From contig NC_043004.1 of assembly GCF_006345805.1 (NCBI RefSeq), positions 21,762,001 to 21,826,000 of the forward strand: DNA of 64,000 nucleotides. Direction: 5' to 3'. Every line of letters starts with the position of its first letter. Position 1 is the stretch's first letter. This document shows, one piece after another, positions 52,447 through 64,000 of the stretch. The position numbers were made by a program, and so were the translations under genes. The DNA is from Octopus sinensis (Eukaryota). The notes beneath the pieces were generated by a model. The model ran no database searches. It was not told the origin of the DNA and saw only the letters and a list, made by a program, of their open reading frames with translations.

Positions 52447-53059
52447 TAAAAGAAATAAAACATATGCATATATATAAACATATATGTACGTACCTACCTC
52501 TACATGTACATATACACGCATATATGAGTACAGGACACCAAAGGGACGTCGAACACATAGAGAAACGAAAACATAGACACAAACCAAAGGAACAGGACAT
52601 TTTTTTAAAAACAACAAAAAATGGAGTACAGGACAGTTAACACAACGAAAAAACCCCTTCTTCAGTCGCTAAAGTTTCATCTACTCTACGTTTCGAAGGA
52701 TAAAAGATATATATATATATATACTTAGATCATTGAGCTAGCAAGCGTATATCTATACGAATGAGTGGACACGAAAGAAAAAGGCACTCAACTCATTTAG
52801 TAATTGTTAATTATTTAAAAGGGTTTGCTTCGAGTACATGAAGTGTCATGCCTAACTTATAGAAACCTAGCTCATTCAGGTTCAGATGCCAGAATAGAAA
52901 GATGCATGATGTCCAATTTGAGTGCTGGAAAATAGGCTGGTATTGGTCAAGAGGGGTCAGGTGCGTGAATGACTCATTGATGAGGAATGGAATCAATTTG
53001 AATGTTCTACAAATGTTTACATATCTCCAGTAAATCTAATTTTGAAATATTTAATCAGC

Positions 53060-53255
53060 ACAAGATTTGAAATTTTAAGTGAGTGGGCTAGTCCATTTCA
53101 CCGACCCCCAGTGCAGTGCTGAACTGTTACTTATTTCGTCGACCCCGAAAGGATGAAAGGCAAATCACGCTCTGCGGAGTTTGGGCTCAGTACCTAAAGA
53201 AATGCTACAAAGCTTTTGGTCCGGCCTGTTAACGATTCTGGTAATATGCCACCTT
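53060..53255 (-). mobile_element. SINE family B, degenerate
   Basis: CGACCCCGAAAGGATGAAAGGCAAA..TAACGATTCTG. Confidence 0.75.
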
Positions 53256-56200
53256 AAATTAATAAACAATAAAATAAATATGATCTATATATATAATATA
53301 TTTATATTATTAATTGCATTTTATAATTAGATATTGTTTCATATAACTGATTTTCCTCTACAGTTAGAGAAGCCAGTTGAATTACTTGACATAATATTAC
53401 CGGTACCTATTTTCTCAATCCTAAATTATTTAATTGTACGTAATCTGAAATGCTTAACTTAAATTTTTATAATCATATTCGCATTTTCAGTTATCGTCAT
53501 CTATCCTTGATATCACCAACTGTAACCCTACTGTTCAAGTAGCCTGTTTTATAATATTTCAAATATTTAGACATCATATTTTACTTGTTTCGACTTGACA
53601 CTAAAGAAACCATTACAATATTATAGATTTAAACCAAACAACAGAAAACTTATTCTACTAAGTGTTTTGAAACTGCAGGAAATTCACACTTTATGTGTAG
53701 CAAATTATTATAAATACAAAAGTTCTGAAGGAAATGTGTTTCAATCACTAAACAATAATAAAGATGACTTTTGCTTTAAACTGGAATAATTTCTGGTTTT
53801 ATCTTAAAAATAAGAAAACGGAGAGAATTAAAATATGGAAAACAACTAACAAGAACAAATTAAGGCTGGGAAAAGAAAGAAGCTTTCGTAGTTTGTTTTA
53901 TTCACTTCTCAAGAGTGTTTTCTAAAAGTTTGACAAGTGAGAAAATGAAACAGAGATGACCTCATAATGCAAAAAGAACAGAAAATTAATAGCGAAACAT
54001 TAAATGACAAAAGAGGCTTAAATATTGGATTCAAAATAGGCTTAAATTTTATAACTGAGCGTCTACAGCATCATAGCTACATTTACTGTAAATTTTAAGA
54101 TACATTAGTAAAAACAAAGACTATATTGTTTTTACTTGTGTTTTATATCAACATATAAAGATTAAAATTACAATGCAGCTCCAGCATGAATTTAAAACTC
54201 TTTGTAAGGGTATCTATCGGTCAGAGCGATTTGTCTATTTGCATGTTTATATAAGTAGGCATTGTTATAAGTTTTTGTTATGGAAGACTGGTAGTTGTCC
54301 ATGTATGCACGTCTCCCCTCCTATTTCTTTTCACAGTAATCACTATTGTTGTCGAAGAGAAAGGCCACCGATTTGAGGCCAATTAGATCCTGATGGTATT
54401 TCCGTCGTTGATGCAGCTGTTAGAAAGCAAATGGATATAAACTATACCACACTGCATTTCGTCCGGCCCTTTAACATTTCAGGTAATTTATCTCCCTGGA
54501 TAGATATTTTTGCTTTACAATTCCCGAAAAGATGAAAAGCAAAGTTAGAACTCTTCATTTAAAAATATTTATGTACAGAGGAATGCTTTATAAAATAAAC
54601 GAGTGTTTTATTGCAGCCGTGGCAAATTCAGATCATTCTAGTTGAAATGCTTTTAGAAACCCCACATCAGTAGTTTGGTTCTGTCAAGAATAGGTGTATG
54701 TACTTGTTTCAAAGTCACTAATATAATTAATTTTTGTAATATTAAAATTGATAGCCACCTTTAGAGTATCTTCTAGAGCGGAAAATATAGGAGATTGTTT
54801 ATTTTGTATATGTGAGATCACAGATACTTAGTAAGTCAGTAAGCGAGCACTATAGACCAAAAATTATAAAGACAGTTTCTGGCAACTTAAGAGCAATAAG
54901 TGCAATCAGGCAGTTCCAGGATTGTTCACACTACACGGCATTTTGATCAAGTGTTTTACATAGGTTAAGCAATGTTGTAAGACTATGTGGGACGTTAGTC
55001 TTACAGAATGAGTATTGAACTTAATCTTAGAAGTATTGAACATAATATGTCATTCTGCATAATTCGTATATTCTGTGCTTTCAGTAGAGTTATCTCTGTT
55101 GCCAGACCACTTCGCTATTTCCCAACGAGACTACATAAGTTGCAAAATCGGTCATTATGTTTTCTATTCCTCCTCTCATTAGGCCACTGAACAGATTACA
55201 ATGGTAATTATTTTCAATGTATTATAATTATTTTAGCCTATTTTATCCTTCCTGTCCTAAAGTCATTGCGCATGCGTAACCAGAAAGAGGTGGTAGTTAA
55301 CAACACTGTAGACGTACCCTGTATAAAATACAGGAAATAATGTTTTTCTCTACAAGAACAAATCCGATTATCGCGGCTATGGAGAGAGCAAACACAGGGT
55401 TCTATGTCGTATAAAAATCGAGGTTTATTCTCTCTTTTCAAATATCGAGAACAAGATTATTTTCTAAACTACAATAACCAAAAAATTTTTTTGCACTTAT
55501 TAATTAAATATTACACTAATACACTTTGGACATGAGAGCGATAGAATGATACTTATTTTAAATAGATGACAGACTACCATGCTGTTCATCACGTTGACGA
55601 TTCAAGAGGCATATTCTGTTTATTGAGATCAGTTCAGTCAACTGTTGTTGGCTAGAGTATTTAATGTTAACCATAAGACAGAAATGATTATATTCATCCG
55701 AAATGATTAACTGAAAACTTAGAGCTGATGCAATTTGAAAAGTGTAGAACGGAAATTTCCAATTTAGTAATAACGAAATCATACGTGAGAATAAATAGAA
55801 TATCACAGGAATCACGCGTTACGCATTCCCTTAAAGACATATATACTCTAAAGACATATATCCAACATAGATATACAATACATACATATATAAATACACA
55901 AATTCCAACATTAGGGATATTTGGCAGCTCAGTTGAGGAAATTCCCTCCGTAAGATTAACTCTCAAAATCCTGACACTAAATGTAACATCCACAGTGACA
56001 GTGATATCAATAGGCCCTACGTATAAAGTGATGAAGAGATTAGTGTTTTGTGATCAGTGTAAATAGTATGTGATATCGTATAGTATTTTCTCAGACATCA
56101 CCTACTAAAGAGCAGAAGGAAAGCTAAAACTAAATGCGTAAACCTAATGTTGAAAAGAAAAGACAATATTATTCATGTTAGCAGGAAGCTATTCAGGAAA

Positions 56201-56604
56201 TACTGTCTTCCTCACAACCTCACAAACAGCTGGGTCAGGATACACTAAAGTATACCTGTCTATATATGTATTCTAAAGAATACATGTATGGACATGTTTC
56301 CTTAGAACTTGAAGATGATATCAGTTGCTGCTTAGCATAATCAGTTGCTGCTTAGCATAATCATACAGTGCGCTCAGCCAGAAATTTGAAATCAGTATCA
56401 ACATAAATTGCAGTCTTTCTTAGATTCATGAAAATTACATCACATCAGATATTATACTATACATTTGCATTTGAAGAGCAGAAGTTTACCATAAAATCTC
56501 TAATAAACGAAAGAGACAATGATGTCTTTAGAACCGCAAGATGCAACCGAAAATAGCAGTTAATTTATTTGGACTTTCTTTCTTCTTTTGAACTGATTTT
56601 TAAC

Positions 56605-57935
56605 ATGGCAAATATAAAAAGTGCCTTAGAGTGGAACGTTATTCCAACTAAGCAATGAATTATAAACCTTGAGAGGAGGACGGTGGTACAACGGACCTAT
56701 TCTAGGTCGTGTGACGCCATCGACCTCTTCGACAAGGATATTATTAATAAAGAGCTGGCAAAATGTTTGCCAGCCAAAAATTAGTATGTAACCAGGGGCG
56801 TATTTGACGCCCCTGGGGAGGCTTGCACTGTGGCAGACCAGCCCCTGGAAAGGGAGGAGACTTTATTTCTTCCCACATATCGTGGAAAGGAGGTGATAAG
56901 GTCCTGGGTATCTGGTCTGCCCCCGGGCACCAAAGCGGAGTGGATTGCAGATGCCATCCGGCGGGGCCTGGGGGATAGCAGGCCCAGGCTCTTAAATATA
57001 GAGATTAAGCCTGCGGTCGACTGGGAGGGTGCAAATGCAACTTTGACCCTATGAACCCCAGTGGCCGCGGGTGAAATGACTTTCCCTGACTTTTTGAAAA
57101 TGTATGGCTCAAGGTATCCAGTGATACAGTGATAATTGGGGGTCACCGCACCCCCAAGTTTCGCTCGTGCCTGGAATCAGGCCATATGAAGAAGGACTGC
57201 CCCCGGGGCCGTGCTAAGGTCCCGGAGCGGGGAAAGGTGAAGGTGCCCTCCGCTCTCCCATTGCAGGGAGAAACGGAGGAAGTCGTTGAGGCACCGGTTT
57301 CAACGAGAAAGAAAAGAAAGGTGTGCAACAATGGTTGCTCACCAACAGACACGCAAGTTGAGGAAGAGAAGGAGGACCCCACCCGGGTGTGCCGGTGGAG
57401 ACCCGATCTCCCGCAAATATAGGAAGGAAAAAGGGAAGGAAGAGAAACGGGAGACGGACGGCGGATGACGCTGTGCTGCCGACCGAACCCAATGCTCCTC
57501 CTGTGGTAGGTGTGTCACCGGAGCGAGAGGCTCTGTCAGTGGGTTTTGTGCCACTGACAGAGCAGGCCGCGGCCCCTCCCCGTGAGGAGGAGGTGAAACC
57601 CGTCGTTTTCTATCTCAGGGGAGGGCCTGTCGGGAAGTGCTTGAACGGTCTCCCAGGCCGAGAACGATTGGACTCGGTCTGTATAGACTGTCCAGGCTGG
57701 CCTCCGCAGATGGTTTCGGAGGTCATGAGTCAAAAGGAGCTGTTCGAGGCTATGGTGACCAGTAATAAGGAAGATTTTGCTTGTCTCTTTCCGGGCCCCA
57801 ACCTACCGATTCCTGCAGGCAGCGGGTCATTCGTTTGGCGGCTTCGATGAGGAGGATTGATCTTGTAGATTGTGTGTATATTGAATAATTTATTGTATAT
57901 ATTTGTAATGGACTATTAAGTCCAATAATTATAAA
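56605..57935 (+). mobile_element. Gag-like ORF1 pseudogene of a Tx1/L1-type element, apparently lacking ORF2
   Basis: GC-rich island from ATG 56605 to TGA 57850 with few stops/frameshifts; zinc-knuckle remnant FRSCLESGHMKKDC; basic/acidic tail; short UTR with hairpin TGGACT-ATTA-AGTCCA then AATAATTATAAAAA. Confidence 0.65.
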
Positions 57936-58084
57936 AACTGTCGCTTCTTTTGGAAAAAAAGAACGTTTTAGAGAAGCGCTTTCTACCTTCTCTCATCAAT
58001 ATCATCCCTGTTTCATCATTCACCTCATCAATATATACGTCCAGCCTGCAAGCTACTCTTTATGGCAAATCTTAATGAAATAAA

Positions 58085-58450
58085 GTAGCTTGCTTACCAA
58101 CCACATGGTCTAGGGTTCAGCCTCACTACATGGCACCTTGGGCAAATGTCTTGTATTTTAGCTTCAGGCCGACCAAACACATGTGTGTGGATTTGGTATG
58201 CGGATACTGAAAGAAGCCTGTCGTATATATGTGTGTGTATGTTTGTGTATCTGTGTTTGTTCTCCCACCATCGCTTAACAACGATGCTGGTGAGTTTACG
58301 CTCCCGTAACCTAGCGGTTCGGCAAAAGAAACCGAAAGTGCAAGTACTAGGCTTACAAAGAATAAGTCCTAGGGTCGATTTGCTCGACTAAAGGCGGTGC
58401 TCCAGCATGGGCGCAGTCAAATGACTGAAACAAATTAGAGTGAAAGAGCA
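58085..58450 (+). mobile_element. SINE family A, near full length
   Basis: GGGTTCAG..GGCACCTTGGGCAAATGTCTT CORE-like block; tail AAGGCGGTGCTCCAGCATGG..CAGTCAAATGACTGAAACAA. Confidence 0.88.
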
Positions 58451-58458
58451 TATAATGA

Positions 58459-58516
<58 letters not shown>

Positions 58517-59120
58517 GCATATGCATACAATATTCGTACGCTTAATGACGTATAAAATTTATTCCTTTCTAGATTACAAACCGATATTTTCTGAATTGGT
58601 GAGAATATACAAAAACAACCAAGAAAGAACATACATACATACATGTGTATGTATGTATGTGTGTGTATGTGTGTGTGTGTGTGTGTATGTGTGTGTGTGT
58701 GTGTGTTTAATGTGTTTATGTAATTTATGTATTTTATTCTTTTCATGTTGTTATGCTTTTCTGTTTTCGCTGCATGTTTATGTTCCTATATGCATAGGGA
58801 GACACACACAGACGCACAGAGGTACACACACACAGGCACACACACACGCACACACACATACACCGAATACCAACTTCCTGGCACTAACAGCAATGTCAAT
58901 CACAATCAATATATAATACTTAGTACATTAAATATAGAGTTGGAATAATGGTTTCACAGAAATGTCATGCTAAGAGCTTTGTTTCCTTAAAAAATATCTT
59001 TGAAGATTATTTAAAATTAAAATAATAAGGTCTGTTAAGTACACGCGAACGCACACACTTATATGTGTACATTCATACATGCGTCTATATAAGGGTATCG
59101 GGATAGATGTGTTAAACACT

Positions 59121-59154
<34 letters not shown>

Positions 59155-59187
59155 TTCGCACATATACATATATTCTTTTATACTTAT

Positions 59188-59470
59188 TTTAATTGTTTCA
59201 GGCATTTAACTGCAGCCATACTGGAACACCACTTGAGAGGAGTATTAGTCGAATAAATTGACCCCGGGATCTATTATTTGTAAACCTAGTACTTATTCTG
59301 TCAGTCTCTTTTGCCGAACCAGTAAGTTACGTTACATAAGTTACATAAGCACACCAACGTCGGTTGTCAAGCGATGGTGGTGATAGTGGTTACAAATACA
59401 GACACACAAATACACACGTGTAAATACACACACATGTATATATATATTATATATATATATATATTATATA

Positions 59471-59520
<50 letters not shown>

Positions 59521-59688
59521 ATATATATATATGAACGATGAACGTCTTTCAATTTCCGTCTACCAAATCCACTCACTGGTCTTTGTTCGACCTGTTGCTA
59601 TAGTAGATGTTTGCTCAAAGTGCCGCTCAGTGAGATTAAACCCGGAACCGTGTCGTTGGGAGAAGCAAGCTTCTTACTACACACCTAC

Positions 59689-59690
<2 letters not shown>
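59188..59690 (-). mobile_element. SINE family A
   Basis: Reverse-complement homolog of 58085-58450 with internal (TA)n. Confidence 0.82.
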
Positions 59691-59730
<40 letters not shown>

Positions 59731-60304
59731 TGTGTGTGTGACAGTGAAATAATGACCTATCCGTTGATCTCTATTTGCAAAATATGAAGAATGGTGAACG
59801 CAAAATTGGTTTCCGCCTGGCGTGAAAAATATAATTTCAAGAAAACTTCTTACTTGACAAAATTAAATATTTAGCAAAGCCTACCTTTTTTGTTGGTTCA
59901 GTCGTTTGAACGCTATGCGAATCTCCGTATAGATTTTGTTTGAAATACAATGTTGTATAAAGTAAATTTTTGCACTTTAATTTCACGTTAAATTCATTTT
60001 ATCTAATTAGGTGTCAAATCTTTCGTACCAGATCTGTGACATGGCCACTAATGCACTGTTTCTGCCAGCGACTAATTTGCAGTTTTGCGACAAGCATTTT
60101 AACACTACTTGAAATAAATTAAATTTGAATTAGCAATTGATGGTTATTGAATGACTAGAAACGTTGTTCAATGTTGTAAACGTTTCGGCACAACTAAGAA
60201 CTGTTTTGTGAGAATCTACTGCAAAAACTAATTAGATTAATCGTAATTTCTTGCTTTCCATATCCCATGTCCTCATCTCTTTGCAACTAAATACCTGATA
60301 ATTA

Positions 60305-60512
60305 TTGGTTTCAAATTTTGGCACGATGTCAGCAATTTCAGTAGTGGTGATAAGTCGATTCCAACGAACCCAGTGCTCAACTGGGACTTACTTTATCGAA
60401 CCTGAAAGGATGAAATGCATAATCGAGCATGGCGGAATTTCAACTCAGAACGTAAAAGCAGACGGAATGTTGCTGAGCAATTTTCCTGGCGCAGTAACGA
60501 CTCTGCCAGCAT
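60305..60512 (-). mobile_element. SINE family B
   Basis: GAAAGGATGAAA..GGCGGAATTTCAACTCAGAACGTAAA..TAACGACTCTGCCAGC. Confidence 0.8.
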
Positions 60513-60514
60513 GC

Positions 60515-61065
60515 TGCATAAAGCTCAGCGTCTATAATTTGTGTGTCTTAAGTGCCCGTTTACATTCTACTGTGACTTGAAGAAAATATCATCGTCATAT
60601 CGAAGATTTGGAAAGATTGTATCAGAGTTGCTATAGGAGTTTGAAATGGCAGTCCCTCATATTAGACACCGCTAGCATACGCGGTATTAAAATGCTCCTC
60701 ATACGCAATGAAACGCGCTGGGTTGAGCGCTTTAGTAGGATGCATGATGACAGGTTACCTACGCTGTTGTTTTACGGGGAGTCGTAACATAGTGAACTAA
60801 CGAGACACAACTGTGAAAAACTTCTGAAGCATGCCATCTGAGCGTTGAGGAACATTTGAAGCAGATGACGAGAAGATCTATCGGTCTGGAAAGAAGTGAT
60901 TTACATCGATTCTAAAACATTTGAAACATGGAAAACTGAGCAATTCATCGTGGATGGTACTTTGTAAACAAGAGTTGATTTCAAGCCCAGGCACTCTTCC
61001 GACGGAAAATGTTTGCAACAGCTGCAGTAGGTTCTCTATTTTCAAAGCCAAACTTGCTTCTAGTC
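60515..61065 (+). mobile_element. RTE/BovB-clade LINE C-terminal relic
   Basis: IKLSVYNLCVLS..YHRHIEDLERLYQ..RW..RMHDDRLP.LLFYGE, and terminal zinc-finger trace VCNSCSR..KAKL. Confidence 0.8.
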
Positions 61066-61122
61066 AGGAAACGGTTTTCTGTATGGAAGTGTATATCACC
61101 CTATGTATGTATGTATGTATGT

Positions 61123-61790
61123 CACTTTCGAGTGCTACTGGTAACATGTAACCCAGTACGACCTGTTGCATAGTCGGGCCGTCGGCGACTAAACCGGCAA
61201 CCCCACCAAGCTTGCTTGGTGAGCAGAGTGTTTATTGGACACCCTGCGGGATGAAAAGCAAAACCCGTCAAAGGGAGGAGGAACTCTTGAGAGTCAACGG
61301 CCATCCAATAACTGTTTTTTTTTCTTCTTAAGGCTTAAGGCTGTATCATGCGCGGGGACATAGAAATAATTGAACTGAATACCCGATCGCGCGGTTAAAT
61401 CATTGGGAGTGAAGAACTCCTAGCCTTTGTTAGGGCATCCTTCTATGAGAAGGTAACTCAGGTAACTGGGATAACTCCGACATAAAACCTGCAGCTCAGT
61501 GGTTGCCGATGATGTTGACTTGTTCTTCTTTTCGGATTATAGTTGATGTTGCTTAGTGAGTGGGATTGGCTCAGTGCACAGCCTTTCCTCACTTTAAAAA
61601 AATCTTCTTGCACAGGCATTGCATGATAACAACATTGTTCATGATTGTTGATGGTGCTGTGAGTCTCAACTGAATGGCTGGCTGTAGCCTTAAAAAGCAA
61701 ACAAAAGTCACATTCGATCACAGAACCAACAGCAGTTCAGCTTCGTGCAATGGCTATACTAGATAACGAGGGTGCAGCCATCATGTATGT
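61123..61790 (+). mobile_element. Non-coding RTE-like element with highly structured 5-prime leader
   Basis: Multiple hairpins at 61123-61270; GGGCATCC..AGAAGG.AACTC block typical of RTE 5-prime UTRs (recall); ends GCAGCCATCATGTATGTA; no ORF. Confidence 0.5.
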
Positions 61791-61879
61791 AGGTAGATAG
61801 GTATCCTTAGTTAATAAATTCTTATATGAGTATTTTCTAGTCAGAAAATGGTTTTCTGTATGGAAGTGTATATCACCCT

Positions 61880-62030
61880 ATGTATGTATGTATGTATGTA
61901 TGTATTATGTATGTATTATGTATGTATGTAGGTAGGTAGGTAAGTAGGTAAGTAGGTAGGTAGGTAGGTAGGTAGGTAGGTAGGTAGGTAGGTAGGTAGG
62001 TAGGTAGGTAGGTTAGTATGTAGGTTGGTA
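61880..62030. repeat. (TATG)n/(TAGG)n microsatellite
   Basis: Directly visible. Confidence 0.95.
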
Positions 62031-62469
62031 GACAGTAAGAAATATATCTTACAATAATTATAACGTAACTCTTATAAAATTTCTAACTCAAATCATTAAA
62101 TGTACACTAATTTTCTAAAAATACTATTTATTACCTCAAGATAAATGTAAATAAACAACTTTCGCAAATTGTATAATTGTATAAATATGTTGTAGAAATA
62201 TGTCGGTATATAAAATAAGAGCAATCGAAAATCAGCTTTGGCAAAAGTATATTTTTCAGGAACTTAAAGACACTTAACATTACGTCGTATGCTGTCTCTC
62301 TGTATCTCACCTTTACTGTCTCTCTACTCATCGTCTCTCATTCTCCAGGAGGAAAAGCGTGAGTGGAGAAATCAACCAATGAACATGTGTGTCTGTATAT
62401 GTGTGCGTACGTACGCGCTCGCTCGTCTGTGTGTATGTTTAAGTCTGTTCTACCCCACCCCTCCAGCAC

Positions 62470-62636
62470 CGATTGACAGCCTGTGTTGTGTTTACGTTCT
62501 GGAACTTAGTGGTTCGGCCTTGAGATGAAGTACCAAACTTTAAGAAATAATAATTGGGTTTGATTCATTTGACTGAAATTCTCCACGGTAGCGTTCCAGC
62601 ATGGCCGCAGACTAATGGCTGAAACAAATAAAAGAA
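62470..62636 (+). mobile_element. SINE family A tail
   Basis: TGTTTACG..AACTTAG.GGTTCGGC..TCCAGCATGGCCGCAG..GCTGAAACAA.TAAAAGA. Confidence 0.75.
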
Positions 62637-62993
62637 AAAAAAGTTTATACATACATATATACATATATACACGCACTCGCAAAAACACAATCACACATAT
62701 GTAGATATTTATATTAATTCTAACAAATTTGGGTCGGTAGAGTCATATAGCACTATGTACTTTCTTAGGGTATTCACAATGTTTAATTCTTACCTGTATT
62801 CACTTGATGAAAATGGTTTTCTCTTTTTGCACGATGCAGAGCTTCTGTTCATTAATGAAAAATAACGTGTATTCAAAAACAAAGAATTTACTTCGAGTAT
62901 GAAGACCAATTGTTGCCATATCCACGTGCCTATATGGTTGGGAAACTTGGAATTTGTACCGTCTCGACATAAAAATAAAAACTCGAATGTTTT

Positions 62994-63025
<32 letters not shown>

Positions 63026-63474
63026 TGGACAACAGAAGGAAGATGTACTAGAAGATTGATTCACTTTTATAAAAGCTATGAAAGAGCGTAAAAAGGTAAC
63101 ACGACAAAATGTATTGATTCATTCTCTAGGAAAGCTATTTCAGTTTCTCAACAAATATTTTGATATATTTTAAAAGCATGACATGAAGAAAATGTTTTTC
63201 TTAGCAATCATTGTCGGGTTTTGTGCATGAGTTTTGAGGATATGGTATGAATTAGCATAAACATGTTGATCTTTACAATAATTTCGTCCATGCATTTCTG
63301 CTTTCGATACAAACCAGAGAACTAGAGTAAAGTAGGACATCTTAAGTATTTGGTTGTATTTGTTGTAGCTGCCTTTGTAGAATACCTCGGTAAACCAGGC
63401 AGGAAGAAAGTTGCACTTGATAAAATCAATTTCTCTCACCAAGGATGCATATGGCATGTATGGCGTGTGTGTAC

Positions 63475-63536
<62 letters not shown>

Positions 63537-63638
63537 ATATATATATATATATATGAATATATGTATATACATATATATATGTATATATATATATATGTAT
63601 ATATATATATGTATATATATATACATACATATATATAC

Positions 63639-63670
<32 letters not shown>

Positions 63671-63740
63671 GTGTATGTATATATGTATGTATACACAAAC
63701 ATATATATATGTATGTAAGTATATATATATATATATACTT
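63475..63740. repeat. (TA)n-rich microsatellite
   Basis: Directly visible. Confidence 0.95.
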
Positions 63741-64000
63741 ATGTTTTGGTGTGTGTATGTATGGGCATGGTTGAGACGGTTTGATACGTTCGGAATTAAC
63801 ACGTATGCAAAAATACTGTTTACCTATTCGGGTCTTAAGACTGCATGAAACTCCTCTGATGCATCATCAGTTTGATTTCTACGCTTGATATCCTTCCCAA
63901 CACTAATCAATTTATGGAGCGTGCTGGATACATTTTCATGGCTCCAATGCAAGAAGGGCAGTTCTTTCCATGTCATGTCTAAATCCACTTCCCATTTTCT

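Noticed and set aside
56320-56362. 20-bp tandem duplication ATCAGTTGCTGCTTAGCATA
   Set aside because: Two adjacent units with no spacer: slippage, not CRISPR-like.
63170-63460. About 95 codons of non-repetitive open frame on the minus strand
   Set aside because: No recognisable motif or convincing splice signals.
63825-64000. Minus-strand open frame RKWEVDLDMTWKELP...RPE stop as a host exon
   Set aside because: The stop precedes the apparent donor, and MTWKEL..LLAL across a frameshift resembles an RTE C-terminus. It is cut by the window edge and unresolved.

Overview
AT-rich eukaryotic non-coding DNA, saturated with (TA)n, (CA)n, (AAT)n, (CAT)n and (TATG)n microsatellites and decayed transposable elements. 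The SINE families and repeat texture suggest an octopod cephalopod (inference from recalled repeat families, no search run). I found no recognisable host protein-coding gene, rRNA, tRNA gene or CRISPR array. Nearly all ORF-track entries are microsatellite artefacts or TE remnants. Supported elements are: Tc1, two mariner and one pogo/Tigger relics; a Merlin-like MITE carrying (CCCTAA)n; two near-identical non-autonomous Helitrons; LINE fragments of R4/Dong, HERO/NeSL, Tx1/L1, CR1/Jockey-type, RTE and Penelope type; and at least three tRNA-headed SINE families. The most notable signal is a dense set of self-cleaving-ribozyme-like motifs in small Penelope-type repeats. These comprise five copies of one minimal type I hammerhead, two candidate U3:A8 core variants and three permuted-core motifs. 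A twister-like structured leader sits on an RTE-derived non-autonomous element, and there is also an ORF1-only (HAL1-like) Tx1 derivative. Element boundaries were read by eye and are approximate unless termini are quoted.
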